From the IMG/VR virus record IMGVR_UViG_2061766007_000665: a stretch of 20,000 nt of DNA, one strand, 5' to 3'. Each line of letters begins with the position of its first letter. Within the stretch, counting starts at the first letter, position 1. The stretch is from an uncultured virus (IMG/VR IMGVR_UViG_2061766007_000665). Lineage: Duplodnaviria > Heunggongvirae > Uroviricota > Caudoviricetes. The position numbers were made by a program, and so were the translations under genes. Of this stretch, positions 1 to 8,960 are shown piece after piece. Below the pieces are notes generated by a model. The model worked only from the letters and a program-made list of their open reading frames with translations, was not told the origin of the DNA and ran no database searches.

Positions 1-77
1 TTCCAAAACGGACATGTGACGCATTCTAGCGTCAGAAACCCTTCTAAACAATTATTAGATAACTTAACTTCAGCCAT
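1..77 (-). CDS. Hypothetical protein, 5' part only (MAEVKLSNNCLEGFLTLECVTCPFW...), runs off the window
   Basis: ATG at 77 with AAAGGAG RBS upstream; frame open to the window edge; CxxC motif. Confidence 0.65.
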   Translation of the reverse strand, partial: MAEVKLSNNCLEGFLTLECVTCPFW

Positions 78-190
78 TTTCGTTTCTCCTTTCATTATCA
101 ATACAACGAAGTGCTTTGGCTTACAAAGACGGGCAGGCGGACGCCTAATGGTAAATATCGCGAAGCGATAAATATATCCCCCACAACATG

Positions 191-260
191 GCGCCTTAAG
201 CTGCCTTTACTAGCCAGCTACCAATAGCAAGCTAGTAAAGACAGCCCTATATAGGGCTGT
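191..260 (-). promoter_or_regulatory. Overlapping-hairpin intergenic element, copy 1 (diverged)
   Basis: Perfect 20-nt palindrome 241-260 overlaps a long hairpin 198-247 whose mismatches are mostly G-U pairs on the minus strand. Confidence 0.6.
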
Positions 261-264
261 ATTT

Positions 265-546
265 TTAAGAAATTGTCCACTGATAATCATAAATCCGCTT
301 ATAATAAGCGCCATTTACGATTTCAGACTTTCGAACAGCTTTATGAGCCGCTTTTTTGCAAAACACAGAGTAAGAAGAATTGTGCTTTCTTTTAACCCTA
401 TCGTCTTTAAGATACATACCAACATACCTTTTAGCATGCTGCAGATCTTTTGCCTCCTGCTTTTTCCTTGCATCGTGATTTCGCTGAAGCATGAGCGACT
501 CAGAACGAAGGAAGCGTTCCCACTCTTTAAAATTAGCAAATTCCAT
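265..546 (-). CDS. Hypothetical basic protein (93 aa)
   Basis: GGAGG 7 nt before ATG at 546; the out-of-frame ATG at 551 is only 2 nt from the RBS. Confidence 0.75.
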   Translation of the reverse strand: MEFANFKEWERFLRSESLMLQRNHDARKKQEAKDLQHAKRYVGMYLKDDRVKRKHNSSYSVFCKKAAHKAVRKSEIVNGAYYKRIYDYQWTIS

Positions 547-557
547 TTCATGCCCTC

Positions 558-782
558 CTATAAGAAACTAAGCTGTACATCTTCACCGGGTTCTGGTGTA
601 GACTTAAGATATTTTTTATCGAGCGAAAGTTTAGCTGTTGGCAGTAGGCCTAGCTTTTGCTTTGCTCGAAAAGCAAAATTAGCCAAGGCCTTGGCTTCTG
701 ATACAGCCAAGGTCTCGGCAACGTACATTGGAATAACGGTTATGTCAAACCGTTTTACCGGTCCTTCATATTTGTATTTCAT
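558..782 (-). CDS. Hypothetical protein (74 aa, MKYKYEGPVKRF...)
   Basis: AAGGAG RBS; start overlaps the upstream stop (TAATG), so start moved from 815 to 782. Confidence 0.75.
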   Translation of the reverse strand: MKYKYEGPVKRFDITVIPMYVAETLAVSEAKALANFAFRAKQKLGLLPTAKLSLDKKYLKSTPEPGEDVQLSFL

Positions 783-1852
783 TATTCTTCTCCTTTCTTG
801 CGCATTTCGATCCACTTATCGGGGTCTTTCTTAAAGTCAAGGAAGTTACCATAGGAGAATTTAGTGGATCCGGTGATGTAGACAAGCGTGGGCACATCGA
901 TATATTTATCTTCCACGAGATCATTGAATCTCATGAAGAGGTTAAAATCACCAAGCTTTTTGGTGACTTCATTTCCATCTTTATCGACGCTCTTGTAGGT
1001 TTCTCCCTTCACAGAAAGGATATACGTACGAACTTCTTCCACGCTCATGATGTGGGGCTCTCGACGAGTGCGATCGTCCCAATAAAGGTCATTGAAGTCT
1101 CCGTTCGGATCAACATTACGGAGAATGCCAACTACCTTTCTGGAAATAAGAAGATCAAGCTTATCTTCTTCTGTCATGTTTTCTGCAACCTTTTTCATTG
1201 CTTCTGCTTCGCGGGAACGATCGATCTGATCAACGGGTTCCTGCCCAAGGGCTTCAGCCCATGCTTGCTCTTTCGTCATGTCACGAAGAATGGAATATAG
1301 GAGCTTGTTATCTTCCCGCATTTGCTGTTGACGACGACGATACTCTTTCATTGTAGTGTTGAACCGATCAAATTCTACACTTTCTTCATATGTCATATTA
1401 TCAACTACAGCAGTTGCTTGAACACCGAAGATGTTCATGAAGGTCTTTTTCTTCGGCCAGAAATTGGAGAGGTACTCTTCATATTCAGCGCTAACGCCAT
1501 CATTATTAATGGCATTAACAAGATCATAAAGACTTTCTTGGTTTTCGGTTTCTTCACTGGATTTACCAAACCAGTATTTCTTGTTATTGCAGACGATGAA
1601 TTTAGATCCATACTGGTCTTCTCCTCCAGTGCATCCGGGGACTTTAGAAAGAAGATCGAACATACGATCTCTTCCTTCGTTGATGCATTCAACTCTTTTA
1701 GCAAAGAGTCCATGATTGATCTTCTTCAGGAACTTTTCATCAAAGTCCTTTCCTTTAAGCCATTCGATCTGGCCTTCGGTAAGAGGAAGATCTGCGAATC
1801 TCTTCGCATCTTCTTTGGCGGCAGCTTTCAGCATTTCATTAGTAGCTTTCAT
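782..1852 (-). CDS. Hypothetical protein (356 aa, MKATNEML...)
   Basis: Long ORF; GAAAGGAGAACTAAAATG RBS/start gives 1852 rather than 1882; no recognisable motif. Confidence 0.85.
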   Translation of the reverse strand: MKATNEMLKAAAKEDAKRFADLPLTEGQIEWLKGKDFDEKFLKKINHGLFAKRVECINEGRDRMFDLLSKVPGCTGGEDQYGSKFIVCNNKKYWFGKSSEETENQESLYDLVNAINNDGVSAEYEEYLSNFWPKKKTFMNIFGVQATAVVDNMTYEESVEFDRFNTTMKEYRRRQQQMREDNKLLYSILRDMTKEQAWAEALGQEPVDQIDRSREAEAMKKVAENMTEEDKLDLLISRKVVGILRNVDPNGDFNDLYWDDRTRREPHIMSVEEVRTYILSVKGETYKSVDKDGNEVTKKLGDFNLFMRFNDLVEDKYIDVPTLVYITGSTKFSYGNFLDFKKDPDKWIEMRKKGEE

Positions 1853-1965
1853 TTTAGTTCTCCTTTCATAAGAACAAAACAATAAATATTATGAAGAGAC
1901 GATATTGTCCTTCTTAATGTGCACCAATAATGATACACATTAAGAAAGGCATATAGCCTTTCTTA
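1853..1965 (-). repeat. Overlapping-hairpin intergenic element, copy 2
   Basis: Hairpins at 1941-1965, 1909-1948 (18 bp) and 1893-1913; aligns with 2191-2297. Confidence 0.75.
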
Positions 1966-2190
1966 CAGTTCCCTCCAACTGTAACGAAGAAGAGTTCTTC
2001 TAACCCTACCAGACCTCGCATGCTTAATGAGGAACTCATAAGATCTAATGCACTGATCTTCCAGTGCGTCGCGGAAGATTTCATAATCTTCCTGTACAGA
2101 CGTCCAAGAAAACTTGTAGCCTGCGAACAGCATGATTGCTGCGCATGCCTCATAGCGAGGCTCGCATACAGTAATGTTAATTCTAGCCAT
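1963..2190 (-). CDS. Hypothetical protein (75 aa)
   Basis: GAAAGGAGAACTAAAATG RBS/start, identical to that of the next gene. Confidence 0.75.
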   Translation of the reverse strand: MARINITVCEPRYEACAAIMLFAGYKFSWTSVQEDYEIFRDALEDQCIRSYEFLIKHARSGRVRRTLLRYSWREL

Positions 2191-2297
2191 TTTAGTTCTC
2201 CTTTCTTAGAACAGACTAAAATAAAAGTACATAATTGTACCTTCTTTAAATGCACCTATGTAGATGCACTTAAAGAAAGCCAATTAAGGCTTTCTAA
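2191..2297 (-). repeat. Overlapping-hairpin intergenic element, copy 3
   Basis: Hairpins at 2274-2295, 2239-2280 (19 bp) and 2224-2243, the last followed by a U-rich tract; compensatory changes relative to copy 2. Confidence 0.75.
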
Positions 2298-2612
2298 TTA
2301 CGGATGTAAATTTGGGCAGTAGATGTGCATATCGCCATCTTTTGCGTGCACCCCATCTGGGGCAACTGTCTGTTTCCCTACGATATCCATAAGTCTGTAA
2401 TTGTCATTAAACTTATAGAGCAGGTTTTCTGGCGTATTTGCCAGATATTCTTTGCGGTTAAGGTAGTTACCGCATGTGATAACAACGTTTCCGTTGTATC
2501 CACTCATGGCTATTCTTGCCACTGTGTTATACACACAGTCAATTGGCAAGCTGGGATTATAGACGGTGTTGATTAACACCATCAAATCATACAGGGAGTT
2601 TTTGTCAAACAT
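2298..2612 (-). CDS. Hypothetical protein (104 aa)
   Basis: AAGGAGGT RBS before ATG; tiles with its neighbours. Confidence 0.8.
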   Translation of the reverse strand: MFDKNSLYDLMVLINTVYNPSLPIDCVYNTVARIAMSGYNGNVVITCGNYLNRKEYLANTPENLLYKFNDNYRLMDIVGKQTVAPDGVHAKDGDMHIYCPNLHP

Positions 2613-2624
2613 TTTGTTACCTCC

Positions 2625-2783
2625 TTACAGATAGTTATAATAAGTGGTAAGAATTTTATCAGGATTATTAAATCCATAGACAATAAGAAAAATGAACAGA
2701 GCAATGACTATAAGAGACATTGCAAGTACGAACATAAACGCAAGAAATTGCGTTTTGTTCAGTTTATAGCGTTTTTTCATCAT
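2625..2783 (-). CDS. Small single-pass membrane protein (52 aa)
   Basis: AAAGGAG RBS before ATG at 2783; basic N-terminus followed by hydrophobic FLAFMFVLAMSLIVIALFIFLIVYGF. Confidence 0.7.
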   Translation of the reverse strand: MMKKRYKLNKTQFLAFMFVLAMSLIVIALFIFLIVYGFNNPDKILTTYYNYL

Positions 2784-2965
2784 TTTTCTCCTTTCTTTTG
2801 ATGAAAAACAGACTAAAAACAAGAGCTAATTTACATTTGGATACAAAAAACAAAAAGAATTCCAAATGTTACCCGGTCTTTTTCCATTACCAAAAATAAA
2901 AAATTAAAAAAATNNNNNNNNNNNNNNNNNNNNNNNNNNNNNNNACAATTGTATACACAATTGCA

Positions 2966-3186
2966 GTTAGTTCCTTTTTCGCACATTTTTTATCAAAAAA
3001 GGAACTAACCGATTCCACTTTTTCTTATGCTGGACTCACTTTTCAGTACCTCTTAAACCATTGATTTTATGCCATTTCTCGAACCCCTCAAAAATTTGGT
3101 GTTTTTCGCACCTCACGAGCCTTGAAATTTCAATGGGTTTCGTTAGTTCCTTTTTTGCGACTTTTTTGTTAAAAAAGGAACCCTAA
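2966..3186. repeat. Two direct copies of an inverted repeat (GTTAGTTCCTTTTT...AAAAAGGAAC)
   Basis: 2966-3009 has perfect 14-bp arms; 3142-3186 is a near copy. Confidence 0.8.
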
Positions 3187-3362
3187 TAATAATATAGTAC
3201 TTAATAGAAAAAAATATACAAACCATATCGGAGATACTTCCACTATTGCTTTACACACACCACATACTTATACACCTCCGGCGNNNNNNNNNNNNNNNNN
3301 NNNNNNNNNNNNNCATCATCACAATAGACTCTAAAAAAAATAAAAAAATTTTTTCAAAACAC

Positions 3363-3391
3363 TTGACAACTGCTTTTGATTATGTTAGAAT
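3363..3391 (+). promoter_or_regulatory. Sigma-A/sigma-70 promoter
   Basis: TTGACA (3363-3368), 17-nt spacer, TGn-TAGAAT (3386-3391), with an A/T-rich UP-like tract upstream. Confidence 0.85.
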
Positions 3392-3481
3392 TTAGGCAAG
3401 GTTGGTCGGTTGGCATATACCTATCTATCATCTTACATAAATTATAGCTTTACTTAAGGAGAACAAATAAGTATTACTATC

Positions 3482-4249
3482 ATGTCTAAAGAAGCAAAAC
3501 GTAACTCACTCTATTTTCAGATTCCAAATTCTATCATTCAATATGCATGCAGCCCATGTTATATTGAAAACCATAATTCTATGGTGCTACCTGTCTATCT
3601 ATATTCAGCAGTAAATTTTCAATATCATAATGACTGTAAGGNNNNNNNNNNNNNNNNNNTAGCCTCTACTTTTGATCATACTAATAACAAGCTTTGGAAA
3701 GATGTCCGCGATGCATTAAAGCTCCTTCATTCCGGATACAACACAACAATCTTTACTCCAGAATTGAAGATTAAATCTAAATCGATTGACATTCCTCAAT
3801 CTATTGAATATAAAATGCATATAGATAATGTTTCGAAGACTGATCGTATAGAATATTACTTTCTTAATAGATATGCGTCTTTTGCGTCTGGTGAAAGTAT
3901 GAATGGATATACTACATTCTATCATGACGAATATAATTATCTAATAGATTCTATTTCATACGCTAATGATAATTCTCCAAAAGATATAAACTTGGTCCAA
4001 CTTATTACCGTATATTCATATTTCAAAATGCAGATTCAGTATTTTAATAGCCTTTCTAAAAATTCTGCTTTTGATTATTCGTTTAGACAAACACTTGACA
4101 CAATATCTACTAATTTGTGTATGGCTAGACGTGTATTAATGAGATACATTAACTTTTTATATGATATTGGTATGATTGACTTTGATAAACAAGATTCAGG
4201 ATCAAGAAACTCTCGTGTATATACGCTTTCGATGCGTTGGAAAAAATAA
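3482..4249 (+). CDS. Winged helix-turn-helix DNA-binding protein (replication initiator-like or regulator)
   Basis: C-terminal QTLDTISTNLCMARRVLMRYINFLYDIGMIDF...RVYTL fits a wHTH pattern; the start may be an in-frame ATA at 3467. Confidence 0.6.
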   Translation: MSKEAKRNSLYFQIPNSIIQYACSPCYIENHNSMVLPVYLYSAVNFQYHNDCKXXXXXXXASTFDHTNNKLWKDVRDALKLLHSGYNTTIFTPELKIKSKSIDIPQSIEYKMHIDNVSKTDRIEYYFLNRYASFASGESMNGYTTFYHDEYNYLIDSISYANDNSPKDINLVQLITVYSYFKMQIQYFNSLSKNSAFDYSFRQTLDTISTNLCMARRVLMRYINFLYDIGMIDFDKQDSGSRNSRVYTLSMRWKK

Positions 4250-4282
4250 TTTTTGTTTTCCTGAAGTTTTTTTCAAAAACAC

Positions 4283-4311
4283 TTGACAACTGCTTTATTT
4301 TGTGGTATAGT
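4283..4311 (+). promoter_or_regulatory. Sigma-A/sigma-70 promoter, near-duplicate of the one at 3363
   Basis: TTGACA (4283-4288), 17-nt spacer, TGn-TATAGT (4306-4311). Confidence 0.85.
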
Positions 4312-4400
4312 ATACATGTAAACAAAAAAGACACAAGAGATTGTGTCAGATGTAGAATTTTAACCGAAAGGAGAAATATGAAGTAACATATATTATTGAA

Positions 4401-5057
4401 ATGTCTAGTAAGCCGAATACAAAACAAAAAATATTCTGGGACGTCGATGATGTTATATTAAATACATCAGAAGCTATTATTGATATTATTAATCAGAAAT
4501 ATCGCGTCCCAAATGGCCTTAAGCCAAAAACAGAAGATGATCAAAAGTCCTGGGGATATAAATCTATATATAGATCGTTTTCTGAAAGTCAGTTATTTGA
4601 AATTTTAGAATCCAACGAATTTTGGAAAAAGGTTAGGATTAATAAAGATTTTAAGCGCATTCTTGATACTGGAATGCTTGATAACTATAACAATGTTCTA
4701 GTTACAAAAGGGACTCTTACAAACCTTTCTCTTAAAATTGGATATCTTAAATCACATGGACTTAATTGTGATAGAGACTTCGTCTATGATCCTATCGTAA
4801 TCGAAGCTGGAGAAAGCGCTACTGATAAATCTGCAATTGATATGCGTGGAGCTATTCAGATAGACGACAATATTACTAATCTTATAAATACTAACGCGCA
4901 CATCAAAATTCTTATCAAAAATAATCATGATACCGTCTTTAATAATTCGTTTGGCCATTATACGGACAAAATTGACCCTGACGATATCTTTTACGAAGTA
5001 AACACAATCTCTGAAATTGAAGAGATTTTAAAATTTAATCTAGAATACAAGCTTTAA
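4401..5057 (+). CDS. HAD-superfamily phosphatase, 5'(3')-deoxyribonucleotidase-like
   Basis: Motif I IFWDVDDVI, motif II LVTKG, motif III Lys (DKS), motif IV IQIDDN. Confidence 0.8.
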   Translation: MSSKPNTKQKIFWDVDDVILNTSEAIIDIINQKYRVPNGLKPKTEDDQKSWGYKSIYRSFSESQLFEILESNEFWKKVRINKDFKRILDTGMLDNYNNVLVTKGTLTNLSLKIGYLKSHGLNCDRDFVYDPIVIEAGESATDKSAIDMRGAIQIDDNITNLINTNAHIKILIKNNHDTVFNNSFGHYTDKIDPDDIFYEVNTISEIEEILKFNLEYKL

Positions 5058-5073
5058 TTTAAAAAAGGACAAC

Positions 5074-7897
5074 ATGAAACCAAATCGTTTGTATTATGTT
5101 GTCAAGCTATCTTCATCTTTACTTAAAGAANNNNNNNNNNNNNNNNNNNNNNNNNNNNNNNNNNNNNNNNNNNNNNNNNNNNNNNNNNNNTAGAGATATT
5201 ACAGGGCAAAAAATTGATAGAGACATACTTGAAGAGTGGTATTCTGAACGTGATAGATTAAAAAAGAAAAAGAATAATACTAAAGAAACTCGAACAAAGA
5301 TAAAAGAACTCCAAGACAATATATACAACATGATGTATATAAAAGAATACATCACAGTTGTTATGGAAAATGAGAAAGATTATGAGCACATGTTCAAACA
5401 TGGCTTTGAATTTAATGGCCGTGTATATAGAAGAATGAGCTGCTCAGCTTCTCAGGCCAGAGTTTCAACTATAGTATTTGTAGATGAGTCTATTAAAGAT
5501 GAATTAAAAGATAGACTTGATAACGGAAGAGATTTAAATCATCTGTTAGCACCTAGTAAATATAATGCATACTTTGGTTTATATTCTTCTGCGATTAAGC
5601 AAGTTAGGAAACCAAGATTCTGCATTGTAAAAGACTATACCGAAACCAGACAAGTAGACGTTGATTATGTTATTGAGACAGATAAAGACTCTGATGATAT
5701 AATCGAACCTAGAACAGTTGATGTTGACTTTAATCTATTTGACGGATCCGGTATGATCAGTCCTGAATTTGCTGCTAAATGGGCAGAAGATTTAGGTGAA
5801 GATTATGTACCTTGTCAATTTTGTTTAAGAAGCTCTTTCACTAAAGGCATGGTTAATGTATTTGACTTTGTCGAATGGTGTAAAGAATATAATAACGGCA
5901 ATTATGAAATAGTTGATATATATGGGAAGAAGAAAGATTTAAGATTCTTTGATGTAATTCTTTCTGAAGGACAGGTGAAATTATGGGATTCATGGGAAAG
6001 CCAAAAGTCGTTTGAAGAGAATAGTGAGAAGAATGGCATTATCTGGGGCATTACAAAATACGCTCCAAAGAAAGATAAAGACGTTCTGCTTTCTAACTAT
6101 CAATATATTCAGACCCTTAAGCTTAATGATGAACAAATAGAATCTCTTTGCAAAGATACCGTTGATTACATTAAAGGAGTTTCATATTCCGATCCATATT
6201 ATTCATTACTGTTTATGCTTGGTGAAAACATGGATATACCAGATATTAAACAGTATATGGAATCAAGTGATAATTATTGGCTTAAAACGCTTATTTTAGA
6301 ACACAAGCTTCTTGACGATAAATACTCTAAAGAAAAAATTAGAGATATGATCGTGAGAAGAATTGAGCAAGCATGCCTTGGCAGAATTATTACAAGAGGC
6401 AATTATCAATGTATTGTTCCTGATAATTTCGCTTATATGGAAGCTATAACAGGCAAACCCATTGTTGGGTTATTAAAAGCTGGTGAGTTTTACAGCCAAT
6501 ATTGGAATAACATTGAAGAAAATGGACAGAGAACAACTAAAATTGACTGTATGAGAAGTCCGCTCACTCATTTTAGTGAGCATTACGCAGTTGATCTTAA
6601 GTTAAACGAAGATACTGAAAAATGGTATAAGTATAGCTATAGCGGTATAATCGTAAATGTCCATGACAATCATACAATGCACTTTGCTGGTTCAGATTAT
6701 GACTTTGATATTCTTGCTACTACCAATAATCAAGAGTATATCAATGGCATTTACCCAAACCAAAGAGTGGTAACATACGCCGTTAAAAAGCCAAAGAAGA
6801 AACTATTTAACGAGGATGATTTATATATTACTGATACATTTTCGTTTGGCACACAGATTGGGCAAATTACAAATGCAACTAGTACATTTGTTGCAATGAT
6901 GGCCGATTATCCGGAAGGCAGTAAAGAATATAAACTTCTTGGTGATAGAGTTAAAGCTGGATGCGCCGCTCAGAGCAGACAGATTGATAAAACCAAAATT
7001 GGCGAAAACGTTAAGACTTTAGGATCGTGTTGTAGACAATATATGAAGAGAAGCGAAGACGATACTGAAGAAGAACGTGAAAAAATAGAATTTTATAATA
7101 AACTTGTTGCTGATAGAAAGCCGTATTTCTTTAAATACAAGTATAAAGATCTTTATAAAGATATCAACATATACAACGAAAAAGTAGATAGAGACTTTAA
7201 AGAGAAATTTGGAAAATCACTTAATGAAGTAAAAGAGTTTGCACATCTTTATCCTGATAAGTTATCAGATAAGCAAAAACAAGCACTAGAGCTTTACAGA
7301 AAAAACTTCCCGGCACTTACTTCTCCATGTGTAATGAACAAGGTTTGTAAGTACATCGAAGGAATTGATTTCGAGATTAAGAAAAAGGTTAGATCTACAT
7401 CTGACTTTGACTATAAGGTTCTTCAGACCCAGGGATTTAACATTAATCAGAAGTTATATTATAAAATTAAGACTGAAGTTGAAACTACTTTTAAAGAGTG
7501 GGAAGAAAAAACAAAAGCTGCTAAAAAGAGCAAGATAGAAAAAAGCTTTACATATGATAAGCAGGAGATGAGATTTGAGCGTGAGGCTGAATGTAGAGCT
7601 TTAAAAGATAGACTTGAGGATATAGTATCTAATGAAGAAAGTCTTGCAAATCATCTTGTGTATCTATTTTATGTAGATAGACCGTCGTTTAGCAAATCTA
7701 CGCTTTGGAATTTAGTTGGAAGACAAATTTATCAAAATGTAAGATCAAACAAAGATTGTTTCTACTTCCCTGTTAAGAATAGTGATGGAACCATTACCTT
7801 CCTTTATGAAAAATATTCGATAGCTAAGATCGACTTAAGACAAAATTGTGAAGTTGACCTTAACGATAATAACTTTGATAATATAGAGTATGATTGA
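5074..7897 (+). CDS. yonO: YonO-like single-subunit two-barrel DNA-dependent RNA polymerase
   Basis: About 940 aa; motifs FDGSGMIS, LRSSFTKGM, MRSP and GSDYDFD of the YonO/cellular-RdRP-related family; lies upstream of HU and terminase as in SPbeta. True start is probably ATG 5074 (AAAGGA RBS, MKPNRLYYVVKLSSS), joined across the N-gap. Confidence 0.85.
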
Positions 7898-8960
7898 TAT
7901 TTATGATGAAGAAGGTTATATAAGAGTGATTATAGCGGAGGGGCTATCTCAAAAATGGGAGAGAGATGCCTCTCTGCTTGCTCGCTTTTATAAAGNNNNN
8001 NNNNNNNNNNNNNAAAGAAAAAACTTAAAGAGAAGTGCGAGATAGCAGCTACAAGAAAAGATGATCCAATATATTATCAGCACATTATAAGCTATAAGAG
8101 ACTTAATCATATAGTAGACAAATCTTGGAAAGACAAAACGCCAATTAGAAAGATCAAGCAAGTTGAAATTTCTAAAGAAGTGTTAGATTGGTTTTTAAAC
8201 TTAAGCGATACTTTTACAATAAGTGATGAAGAATGCGCGAGGCTTAAAGAAAAGTATCCTTCTATATCTATTAAAAAGAATAAGCCAATCAATTGGCAGA
8301 GAACAAAATATCTTTTTACGCTTTATATTTGGACTAAGATTCAGGAGAATTATCTCGATCGTCCGTTTATGCATTATTTAAAGCAGTACAGTAANNNNNN
8401 NNNNNNNNNNNNNNNNNNNGAATAAAGAGCGTGAATTTCTTAGAGAGCTTGGTTTTTTAAGCGTAAACTTCTCTATGGGCATTGATGTTAAATTTATAAA
8501 AGACAACGATGTATTTAGTATTCCTATTACAGATAAGAATAGAGTTGTTCTTAAAACCGGCGATCCGCCGCATAGAGGGGAAGCTCCTGAAGGAGATCTA
8601 TATAATTGCGGATATTGGCTTNNNNNNNNNNNNNNNNNNNNNNNNNNNNNNNNNNNNNNNNNNNNTACTTTAAGTAAAAGGGAACAAGCCAGAAAATATT
8701 GTAAAGAATGTTCTGATGCTATAAGGCATGGAAAGAATGTAGATGGCTATAGAAAAGTTATCTGTATAGACTGTGGAGAAGAATTTCAAGTATCTGTTAA
8801 AGACACTAAAACAGTTAGATGTTATGACTGCCAACTTGAACGTGACAGAGAACGTAAAAGAGAGTGGGCAAAACAGCATAAAATATCGAGTGAAACCGCA
8901 GAAAATATGCTAACATTAGACGTAGCAACCGGCTTTTCAGAAAACTCTGAAACCCTTTGA
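7890..8960 (+). CDS. Hypothetical protein with C-terminal Zn-ribbon motifs, RNAP-adjacent (one gene split by gaps)
   Basis: ATG 7890 overlaps the RNAP 3' end; each inter-gap segment has an open frame; CKEC, CIDC and CYDC motifs. Confidence 0.7.

Noticed and set aside
1853..2297. Intergenic hairpins as integron attC sites
   Set aside because: No RYYYAAC/GTTRRRY boxes or integrase seen; G-U pairing on the transcribed strand favours an RNA role
343..2576. Plus-strand ORFs 343-834, 1052-1300, 1322-1885, 2020-2322 and 2325-2576
   Set aside because: Antisense shadows of RBS-supported minus-strand genes
4089..4123. Third AAACACTTGACA copy inside the wHTH gene
   Set aside because: No -10 element at proper spacing; probably coincidental coding sequence
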